Of a DNA stretch of 64,000 bases, positions 50,481 to 57,932 are shown one piece after another. Every line of letters starts with the position of its first letter. Positions within the stretch are counted from its first letter, which is position 1. The stretch is from Brevibacterium luteolum (lineage in GTDB: Bacteria; Actinomycetota; Actinomycetes; Actinomycetales; Brevibacteriaceae). Below the pieces are notes generated by a model, which saw only the letters and a program-made list of their open reading frames with translations, did no database searches and was not told the origin of the DNA. The stretch spans positions 248,001 to 312,000 of the forward strand of contig NZ_JABEMC010000003.1 in the NCBI RefSeq assembly GCF_013004595.1, written 5' to 3'. The translations under genes were made by a program, and so were the position numbers.

Positions 50481-50636
50481 CTGGAGCCGCTTGCAGGCCT
50501 GCTATAAGCTCGAAACTGCGCACATGCCCGCAGGATGAATCGCTGAGAACGCGATTGTCGCCTCACCCGGACCGAAGGCGAATCTCCTGCACCTCACTAC
50601 TGGTCCGATCACCCACACGATCGAAAAGGAGCAGTT

Positions 50637-51152
50637 ATGGAACTCACCCAGAACATGGCCGCCGCAGTCAGCGACCAGGTCACCATGGAACTCGAAGCCT
50701 CTATCGTCTACCTGCAGCTGTCCATCGAACTCGAAGACCAGGATCTCACCGGCATGAGCTCGTGGATGCGGGCACAGGCCGAGGAGGAGCAGGTGCACGC
50801 CGCGAAGTTCATCCAGCACGCGCTCGACCGCGGCACCTCGCCGCAGATCGGCACCATCACCGCTCCGAGCTTCGCCGGCAAGTCCCCCGTCGAACTCTTC
50901 CAGGCCGCTCTCGATCACGAGCGCAAGGTCTCCGAGTCGATCCGCAACCTGTACCGGACCGCTCATAAGGAAGATGACATCGACATCATCCCGCTGCTCA
51001 ACTGGTTCATCGACGAGCAGGTCGAAGAAGAGGCCACCGTTGGTGAGATCGTCGGCCAGCTCGAACGCGTCGGCGAAGACGGAAACGGCATCCTGCGCAT
51101 GGACGCCAAGCTCGGCGCCCGCACTCCGGACGTCGTCGCTGCCGAAGGCTGA
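50637..51152 (+). CDS. ftnA: Non-heme ferritin
   Basis: Ferroxidase residues in ELEASIVY, EEEQVHA and WFIDEQVEEE. Confidence 0.92.
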   Translation: MELTQNMAAAVSDQVTMELEASIVYLQLSIELEDQDLTGMSSWMRAQAEEEQVHAAKFIQHALDRGTSPQIGTITAPSFAGKSPVELFQAALDHERKVSESIRNLYRTAHKEDDIDIIPLLNWFIDEQVEEEATVGEIVGQLERVGEDGNGILRMDAKLGARTPDVVAAEG

Positions 51153-51203
51153 TACGTCGCCAGCACTGCTGACCGGCAGCCTGCGCTGAGGTCACGCTGA
51201 TGC

Positions 51204-51241
51204 GAAAGCGCCCCCTGTCCACGCGGACAGGGGGCGCTTTC
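51204..51241. terminator. Bidirectional terminator between ftn and rlpA
   Basis: GAAAGCGCCCCCTGTCC-ACGC-GGACAGGGGGCGCTTTC. Confidence 0.85.
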
Positions 51242-51262
51242 TGCGTCACAGGCACCGAGGGG

Positions 51263-52123
51263 TCAGAGGACTTCCCAGTCGACGGTGATGACACCGGATC
51301 CGATGCCGCCGACGGCCTTCATCGCACCTTCGCTGAGGTCCAGGCAGCGGCTGCCGACGAACGGCCCGCGATCATTGATGCGCACGACGACGGACTTGCC
51401 GTTGGCCTTGTTGGTCACCTTCACCTTGCTGTTGAAGGGCAGCTTCTTGTGCGCGGCGGTGATGCCCATCGGATCATAGGACTCACCATTGGCTGTCGTG
51501 TGGCCGGTGTTGTAGTACGACGCCTTGCAGGTGCCGCCCTGGCCGGAGGCTTCGGTGTTCTGCTTCGGCTCGCTCTTATCGCGCTTCGGGCTGGAGTCCT
51601 TCTTGGAATCCGAGGACTTGTCCTCGTTCTCTGTGGACGCGCCGGTCGCGGCTTCAGCGGCGGCTGGCGTCGGGATCTCCGGGATGACCGGTGGCGGCGG
51701 AGGCGGCGTGGGCTTCGGTGATGCGGCGATCTCCTGGGAACCCGACTTCTCCTTCGACCGGCTGACGGCATCGTCCCAGTCCTTAAGCAGCTTCTCTGCG
51801 TGCGCATTGTCGGTTGATACGGCCTGTGCTGAGGCGGGGCCGGTGCGCGGCTGCTCTTTGCTGCTGAAGACAACGCGCTCAGGGGTGCCGCTGTCGGCTG
51901 GGGCGAGCATGAGGCCGGAGACGGCCAGGCTCGCCACTGCTGCAGTCGGGACAGCTAAGGCCGCCCAATTCGGCATGCGCTTGGTCGATCTGAGAATGCT
52001 TGCCGCTGATGCCGGCTCCTCATCGATGTCACTGTGGCGGCCGTGCCGCCGTGGTCCGAATGCCCGGAAGAAGTCAGCGATCGATGCTGAGAGCTTTGTC
52101 TTCGGCGCAGAGTGCTTGCCCAC
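51263..52123 (-). CDS. rlpA: RlpA-like double-psi beta-barrel lytic transglycosylase with TM anchor and Pro-rich linker
   Basis: ASYY, TANGE, TAAHKKLPF, VRINDRGPF and LDLS motifs. Start set at GTG 52123. Confidence 0.88.
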   Translation of the reverse strand: MGKHSAPKTKLSASIADFFRAFGPRRHGRHSDIDEEPASAASILRSTKRMPNWAALAVPTAAVASLAVSGLMLAPADSGTPERVVFSSKEQPRTGPASAQAVSTDNAHAEKLLKDWDDAVSRSKEKSGSQEIAASPKPTPPPPPPVIPEIPTPAAAEAATGASTENEDKSSDSKKDSSPKRDKSEPKQNTEASGQGGTCKASYYNTGHTTANGESYDPMGITAAHKKLPFNSKVKVTNKANGKSVVVRINDRGPFVGSRCLDLSEGAMKAVGGIGSGVITVDWEVL

Positions 52124-52147
52124 AATCAGGCCCTTCTCACTTATGTG

Positions 52148-52167
52148 GCTGTGACAACACTCACAGC
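52148..52167. promoter_or_regulatory. CRP/GlxR-type binding site upstream of rlpA
   Basis: GC-TGTGA-CAACAC-TCACA-GC, a perfect TGTGA-N6-TCACA. Confidence 0.7.
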
Positions 52168-52223
52168 TTATGTAACGGTACGGTAAAGCACCACCCATCT
52201 GGCGCATTCTGAGGAAACACTGA

Positions 52224-52261
52224 TGAAGGTCCTGCATCCGGTGATGGATGCAGGACCTTCA
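52224..52261 (-). terminator. Hairpin terminator after the hypothetical gene
   Basis: TGAAGGTCCTGCATCC/GGATGCAGGACCTTCA. Confidence 0.7.
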
Positions 52262-52280
52262 GAGCAGGGCAGCCTGTCAC

Positions 52281-52844
52281 TCAGGGTTGGCGGTAGTCGG
52301 TGTCAGCAGCAGTGCGGTCTGCGGCAGCCGGCGGCGTGACGGTGGTGTCGACCGTTCCCTCAGCAGGCTCCGCCACCGTGTCCACGGTGGTGTCGGCATC
52401 GTTGCGGCGGATGAACTCCCGGGCCTTATCGGCACCAGTGCTCACACCGCGCTGGACGGTGGTGAAGGTCTGATCCATGCGGCCGGAGAACTGCTCCTGG
52501 GCACCGGAGAGGAGCTTCGTAAGCTTCTCTTCGGTCCAGTCGACGGCCTTATCGGACTTCGACAGGGTGGTCTTCGCCTGTTCCCGGCCCTTGTCGACAG
52601 CCCAGCGCGCCCGGTCCTGGTAGGCGCGGGATCGGCCGCGCGGGTTGTCCTTCAGCAGGCGAGCTTCGTCGCGCAGCTGGCTCGTGCCCTCACGCGCGGT
52701 GCGCCCGAGCACATCGGCGAAGCTGCGGCCGTAGGCGAATGTCCGGCCGGCGAGCTTGCGCATCCGGTCGGTCGTCGACGTGTCGGTGGAGTCGTGGACA
52801 GCAGTCGGTTCGATGGGTTCGTTCTCACTGCGTTTCATAATCAT
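52281..52844 (-). CDS. Hypothetical hydrophilic helical protein
   Basis: GAGGA RBS, own terminator and typical codon pattern; no motif recognised. Confidence 0.6.
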   Translation of the reverse strand: MIMKRSENEPIEPTAVHDSTDTSTTDRMRKLAGRTFAYGRSFADVLGRTAREGTSQLRDEARLLKDNPRGRSRAYQDRARWAVDKGREQAKTTLSKSDKAVDWTEEKLTKLLSGAQEQFSGRMDQTFTTVQRGVSTGADKAREFIRRNDADTTVDTVAEPAEGTVDTTVTPPAAADRTAADTDYRQP

Positions 52845-52958
52845 CCGTCCTCGTAGATTGCGCGCTGAAGCCAGTATGACAGCACTGGCTGAGACTTCGA
52901 TTCAGGCATCACCGATATTCGCGACATGTCGCAGCCGGCCTGCAATAGGCTGGCTGGT

Positions 52959-53687
52959 ATGACTGCTGCGCGCCCGGACATCATCGCCCATCGCGGAGGC
53001 CTGTGGCCCGGAACAGAAGAGAACACCATGGCAGCCTTCGAACAGGCCGTCGCCCACGGTGTCACGCTGCTTGAGACCGATGTGCACCTGTCAGCAGACG
53101 GAGTGCTCTTCGCCGCCCACGATGATGATCTTGAGCGAATCGCCGGGCGTCCCGAGCAGCTCGCCGAGCTTCCAGCTGCAGAACTGGAGGCGATCGAACT
53201 CACCGCCGGCGGGACACTCCCCCGGCTGACTGACCTGCTGGAGGCATTCCCCACCGCCCACTTCAACATCGACGTCAAAGCCGACCGCTCGGCAGCCGCG
53301 GTGATCCGGCTGCTGCGCGGCCGCAGGGACACCGCACGCCTGCGCTTGGCCGCCTTCTCCACCCGCCGCCTGAACGTCCTGCGGCAGGCGCTGCCGGGCG
53401 TCGCCACCTCGCTGGGCACCACCGAGGTGGTGCGGCTGCGTCTCCTCGGCGCCGGTGGCTGGCGTCTCGACCCCTCAGTCGACGCTATGCAGGTCCCGCC
53501 GAGCCGGTACGGATTCCCGGTCATCACCGCAGGCTTCATCCGCGCTGCCCACAGTCTCGGACTCCGCGTCGATGCGTGGACGATCAACGAGCCTGCGGAG
53601 ATGCGCCGTCTGGCGCGCCTCGGGGTCGACGGGCTCGTCACCGATGATCCGTTGACGGCCCAGGCGGTGCTGGCCGAGGCGGTTTAG
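52959..53687 (+). CDS. Glycerophosphodiester phosphodiesterase
   Basis: IAHRGG, ENTMAAF, ETDV, HD and WTIN motifs. Confidence 0.9.
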   Translation: MTAARPDIIAHRGGLWPGTEENTMAAFEQAVAHGVTLLETDVHLSADGVLFAAHDDDLERIAGRPEQLAELPAAELEAIELTAGGTLPRLTDLLEAFPTAHFNIDVKADRSAAAVIRLLRGRRDTARLRLAAFSTRRLNVLRQALPGVATSLGTTEVVRLRLLGAGGWRLDPSVDAMQVPPSRYGFPVITAGFIRAAHSLGLRVDAWTINEPAEMRRLARLGVDGLVTDDPLTAQAVLAEAV

Positions 53688-53690
53688 GCG

Positions 53691-53716
53691 GGAATGAAAC
53701 GAGTCGCTAGACTGTT
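53691..53716 (+). promoter_or_regulatory. SigH/SigR/SigE-type promoter of rbpA
   Basis: GGAAT-N18-GTT. Confidence 0.75.
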
Positions 53717-53762
53717 CTGGTTGCCAAGAGCTTGAAAACCATCATCGGAAGGTGTGCAACAG

Positions 53763-54104
53763 ATGAGTGAACGCAGTCTGCGCGGTACCCAGCTGGGCTC
53801 CCGAAGCCTCGAATCGGAAGTTGGTGTCGAACCTGCCCCGCGCCAGATGGTCGAGTACGTCTGCGAAGACGGCCATAAGTTCACCGTCCCCTTCTCCGTC
53901 GAAGCCGAAGTTCCGGCCACCTGGGATTCGGGAACGCATGGCATCGGCACGCGCGTCGGAGGCGAAGAGCCCGACGAGGAGCCGGAGAAGCCGGTGCGCA
54001 CCCACTGGGACATGCTGCTGGAGCGCCGCTCCTTCGACGAGCTGCAGGTGCTCCTCGATGAGCGTCTGGCCATTCGCCGTGGGGAGATCCCGCCACAGGT
54101 CTGA
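53763..54104 (+). CDS. rbpA: RNA polymerase-binding protein RbpA
   Basis: MSERSLRG...RTHWDMLLERRS..EL..LL.ERL. Confidence 0.95.
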   Translation: MSERSLRGTQLGSRSLESEVGVEPAPRQMVEYVCEDGHKFTVPFSVEAEVPATWDSGTHGIGTRVGGEEPDEEPEKPVRTHWDMLLERRSFDELQVLLDERLAIRRGEIPPQV

Positions 54105-54144
54105 TGACCTGACGCGGCAGATATGCCGCGGCCATTGAACGCAG

Positions 54145-54180
54145 AGAGGGCGGATCCGATATTCGGATCCGCCCTCTTTC
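54145..54180. terminator. Terminator between rbpA and ppm1
   Basis: AGAGGGCGGATCCGA/TCGGATCCGCCCTCT-TTC. Confidence 0.8.
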
Positions 54181-54190
54181 TGTGTGCGTC

Positions 54191-54949
54191 TCAGGCCGCG
54201 CGCCCGTTGACTCTGCCGACGAGGTGGCGTGCCTGGGTGAGGCGGCGCTGGGCACCCCACTGGGCGACCCGGCCGACGGCCTCGCGGATGATGCTGCCGT
54301 GCATCTTCGACTCCCCGAGCTCGCGTTCGACGAACACGATCGGCACCTCGACGATCCTCAGGCCGGCCTCGTGGACGCGTTTGGTCATATCAATCTGGAA
54401 GCAGTAGCCCTGTGAGGCGATCTCGGCGAGATCGAGCTGTGCCAGGGTCTCGCGGCGATAGGCGCGGAAGCCTGCAGTGGCGTCCTTGACGCCCATGCCC
54501 ATGAGCGCATCGACGTAGATGTTCGCCCCACGGGAGAGCACATGCCGGTTGCGCGGCCAGTTGACCACGGCACCACCCGGAACCCAGCGTGAGCCGATCG
54601 CCAGATCTGCCCCGCCGGCCACCGCATCAAGCAGCAGCGGCAAGTCCTTGCCGCGATGGGAGCCATCGGCGTCCATCTCGCAGATGACCTCATAGTCGCG
54701 TTCGAGTGCCCACTGGAAGCCGGCCACATATGCCGGGCCGAGCCCGGCCTTCTCCTTGCGGTGCAGGACGTTGACGCGCGGGTCCTCTGCTGCGCGCTCA
54801 TCAGCCCAGCGGCCGGTGCCATCTGGAGAGTTGTCATCGGCGATGAGGACATCGACGTGTGGAGCGTAGGTGTGGATCGCTGCCAGGGTCACCGGCAGCG
54901 AATCGAGCTCGTTGTACGTCGGGATGACGATCAGTATAGACATATGCAC
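54191..54949 (-). CDS. ppm1: Polyprenol monophosphomannose synthase (GT2)
   Basis: IPTYNE, DDNSPDGTG, MDADGSH and DATAGFRAY motifs. Confidence 0.92.
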   Translation of the reverse strand: MHMSILIVIPTYNELDSLPVTLAAIHTYAPHVDVLIADDNSPDGTGRWADERAAEDPRVNVLHRKEKAGLGPAYVAGFQWALERDYEVICEMDADGSHRGKDLPLLLDAVAGGADLAIGSRWVPGGAVVNWPRNRHVLSRGANIYVDALMGMGVKDATAGFRAYRRETLAQLDLAEIASQGYCFQIDMTKRVHEAGLRIVEVPIVFVERELGESKMHGSIIREAVGRVAQWGAQRRLTQARHLVGRVNGRAA

Positions 54950-55019
54950 GGTTACACCCTAGAGGAGATTGGTGCGCGACTCATCAGGGCAACACGCCCC
55001 GAGTGGTTCGGGCAGGCGT

Positions 55020-56000
55020 TCAGGACGTCACTGCTGTGCCGTTGGCCCAGACCCTCAGCAGCTGCGGCAGTGCTGCATCGGAGCTGAGGTCGGGCAGCCC
55101 GGGTGTGCCCGAGCGCGGATCGGTGCTCCAGGCGGCCACGCGCGAATCGGCTGCCTGCACCAGTAGGCTCTCAACGGACCACACGCACGCGGTGGCCGCA
55201 GCCCCGGGCGCCAGCACTCCCCCGTCGAAGCTGCCCAGTGCCCGGTAGCCGAAGCGGGTGACGGCGTTGAATGCCGCCCGGGCCGAGACACCGTCAGCGG
55301 AGTCGTACACGGCTGCCCGCAGGGTCTGCCAGGGGTTCTCTGCCGTGAGCGCGAAGCTCACCTGGGCGCCGGCGGCCAAAAGCTGGGCCAGCGGCTGGCG
55401 GTGTCCCAGCGGGTCGAGGGTGATGCCGAGACCGGACTGGGCCAGCGCATCGATCGCCTCGGATGGGACGGCGACGTTGATGAGCAGCCGCCAGGCGTTG
55501 CGCTGCAGATGGGCGCGCACGCCTGCGTCCTCAAGGAGACCGAGGACCGCAGTGAGATCGGCTGCACTGTCGATGAGGACGAACTGCGCCCCATCCGGCA
55601 GAGCATCGGCGTCGAGCGCACTGGCGGGCAGCGCACCGAAGCCCTCCCCTGCTCCCCCGAGCTGATAGGCAGTCGTGACCAGCGCCTCGGGAGCGGAACT
55701 GGCGAACTCCTCCAGCTGCTCAGAGGTGCCGATGAGATGGGCGGCGGTCACACCTCGGGCCAGGAGTTGATCGCCGCTGGGCGCCGGCCGGGCAGCCTCC
55801 GGACGCAGGTCGACGGCCGCGGCGACGAGACCCGGGGTGACGAAGGCCCCGGCGAGATCGTGGTGCGCGCCCTCGAAGGCGCAGGCGGCCTCATCCGAAC
55901 CGACCCAGGCGACGGTGTCACCGGTGAACATGATGGCGGTCGCGAAGGGATCGGCGCTGGAGTAGACATCAGCGTTGTACAGGATCGTCGAGTCAGTCAC
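55020..56000 (-). CDS. Short amidohydrolase-3-like protein lacking metal ligands
   Basis: N-terminus (YSSADPFATA...DLAGAFVTPG) and C-terminus (AAWSTDPRSGTPGLPDL) typical of the amidohydrolase next to ppm1; HxH absent. Confidence 0.7.
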   Translation of the reverse strand: MTDSTILYNADVYSSADPFATAIMFTGDTVAWVGSDEAACAFEGAHHDLAGAFVTPGLVAAAVDLRPEAARPAPSGDQLLARGVTAAHLIGTSEQLEEFASSAPEALVTTAYQLGGAGEGFGALPASALDADALPDGAQFVLIDSAADLTAVLGLLEDAGVRAHLQRNAWRLLINVAVPSEAIDALAQSGLGITLDPLGHRQPLAQLLAAGAQVSFALTAENPWQTLRAAVYDSADGVSARAAFNAVTRFGYRALGSFDGGVLAPGAAATACVWSVESLLVQAADSRVAAWSTDPRSGTPGLPDLSSDAALPQLLRVWANGTAVTS

Positions 56001-56077
56001 GCCGCCATTGTGTCACGACACCGGGCCGCTGCCCTTGCCGCCTGCCGCAGACCGGCTGCCGGGATAGAGTGAGGCGT

Positions 56078-57835
56078 GTGAAGGCTCCACTCATCATCCT
56101 CGACACACCGGCCCTGTACTACCGGGCGTTCTACGCGCTGCCGGACACGATCCGCTCACCGGAGGGCTTCCCGGTCAACGCCGTGCGCGGCGTCCTCGAC
56201 ACGATCGCCCAGCTGTCCGAGAACTGGTCCTCGACCCGGATCGTCGCCACTATGGACGCCGACTGGCGGCCGGCCTTCCGCACCGCGATCGTCCCGGAGT
56301 ACAAGGCCCAGCGCATCGTCGACCAGGAGGCCGGCACGGAGACCCCGCCGGATCTCGAGGCGCAGCTGCCGCTGCTGCGCTCCTGCCTCATCGCCGCAGG
56401 CATTCCCGTCGCCGAGGTGGCGGGCACCGAGGCCGATGACGTCATCGCCTCGCTCATCGCCGCGACCGCCGAACCGGTCGTCATCGTCTCTCCCGACCGT
56501 GATCTGCTCGCCCTGCTCGATGACGCCGGGCGGGTGACCGTGTGCCGGCCGAAGAAGGGCGGGGCGTGGGAGCACGTCCGGGCAGCCGATCTGCCGGAGC
56601 ACTACGGTGTGTCCGATGGCCCGTCCTACCGGGCGCTGGCCGCGCTGCGCGGCGACCCGTCCGACGGGCTGCCCGGCGTGCCGGGCATCGGCGAGAAGAC
56701 CGCCGCTAAGCTCATCGCCGGCTACGGCAGCCTCGATGCTGTCATCGCCGCAGCGCAGGCCGGGCAGAAGGACCACGGCCTGAGCCCCAAGCGCCAGGAG
56801 AACATCGTCGCCTCCGCCGAGGCGGTCCGCCGCGGACATCAGGTGATGACGTGTGCTGACGACCTCGACGTCGCTGCGTTCCTCGCGGCAGTCGAGACCG
56901 CAGAGGAGAAGCGGGATGCCGCGACCCTGCGCGAGCTGGCCGGCGAACACGGTTTCGAGCGCAGCGCCGAACGCCTCATCGCTTCCCTCGTCCCATCCGC
57001 TGCACCCGGTGCGGCACCCGCCACCCCGGCAGCCGCCGAACCGGCGGCGGTGCACGCAGGCGATCCAGCCGCCGCTGAGCAGGCAGCCCTGTTCCCCACC
57101 CCGGAACCTGCGCAGCTGACATCGGGCTGGACCCGGTCGCCGGTGTGGGGCTTCGATCTGGAGACGACCGGCACCAACCCGCACACCGCCCGCATCGTCA
57201 CCGCCGCACTGTGTGAGTTCCGCGACGGGGTTGAGACCAGCCGGCTCGAATGGCTGGCAGACGCCGGGGTCGAGATCCCAGCCGCGGCCGCCGAGGTGCA
57301 CGGCATCTCCACCGAGCATGTGCGCGCCCACGGCCGGCCGCTGGCAGAGGTGCTGGCCGAGCTGCTCGAATGGTTCTCACGCATCCGCGATGACGGCGGG
57401 ATCCTCGTCGGGCACAACATCGTCTACGATCTGACGATCCTCGAAGCCGAGACGATCCGGCTGGGCAGCCGGCAGCGTGCCTCCCAGCTGTGCCCGCCGG
57501 TTATCGACACCTTCGTCATCGACAAACAGGTCGACCCCTACCGGCGCGGCTCGCGCGTCCTCACCGCCTTGGCCGAGCACTGGAACGTCGAGCTCGACAA
57601 CGCCCACGACGCGACCGCCGATGCGCTGGCCACCGTCGAGATCGCGCTGCGGATCGCCTCAGCCCACCCGGAGACGATCGGCACGCTCAGCGCCGCGGAG
57701 ATCCACGCCGCCCAGATCGCCTGGAAGCGGGATCAATCAGCGAGCTTCGAAAGCTACCTGCGCCGCAAACGCGGCGATCAGAGCATCACCGTCAGCCGCG
57801 AATGGCCGTTCGAAACACCGCAGCTGCGCAGCTGA
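56078..57835 (+). CDS. 5'-3' exonuclease (FenA/PolA N-terminal-like) fused to a DEDDh 3'-5' exonuclease
   Basis: LYYRAF, NAVRG, EADD, DRDL and GDPSDGLPGVPGIGEKTA; Ala/Pro linker; then GFDLETTG, GHNIVYD and AHDATAD. Confidence 0.88.
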   Translation: MKAPLIILDTPALYYRAFYALPDTIRSPEGFPVNAVRGVLDTIAQLSENWSSTRIVATMDADWRPAFRTAIVPEYKAQRIVDQEAGTETPPDLEAQLPLLRSCLIAAGIPVAEVAGTEADDVIASLIAATAEPVVIVSPDRDLLALLDDAGRVTVCRPKKGGAWEHVRAADLPEHYGVSDGPSYRALAALRGDPSDGLPGVPGIGEKTAAKLIAGYGSLDAVIAAAQAGQKDHGLSPKRQENIVASAEAVRRGHQVMTCADDLDVAAFLAAVETAEEKRDAATLRELAGEHGFERSAERLIASLVPSAAPGAAPATPAAAEPAAVHAGDPAAAEQAALFPTPEPAQLTSGWTRSPVWGFDLETTGTNPHTARIVTAALCEFRDGVETSRLEWLADAGVEIPAAAAEVHGISTEHVRAHGRPLAEVLAELLEWFSRIRDDGGILVGHNIVYDLTILEAETIRLGSRQRASQLCPPVIDTFVIDKQVDPYRRGSRVLTALAEHWNVELDNAHDATADALATVEIALRIASAHPETIGTLSAAEIHAAQIAWKRDQSASFESYLRRKRGDQSITVSREWPFETPQLRS

Positions 57836-57932
57836 GCCGTGTTCGGGAACTGAGCACGTAGACTTTCCACAGCACGAACCCGCGGCGCCGGCAGCGGCGC
57901 CCCTCCCCGAGACGATTCTGAGGACGTGACAC

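Noticed and set aside
49866..50538. Short ORFs between dif and ferritin
   Set aside because: No RBS, atypical Cys/Arg-rich composition and no motifs.
52124..52225. c-di-AMP riboswitch upstream of rlpA
   Set aside because: The leader is too short and I could not see the conserved ydaO elements.
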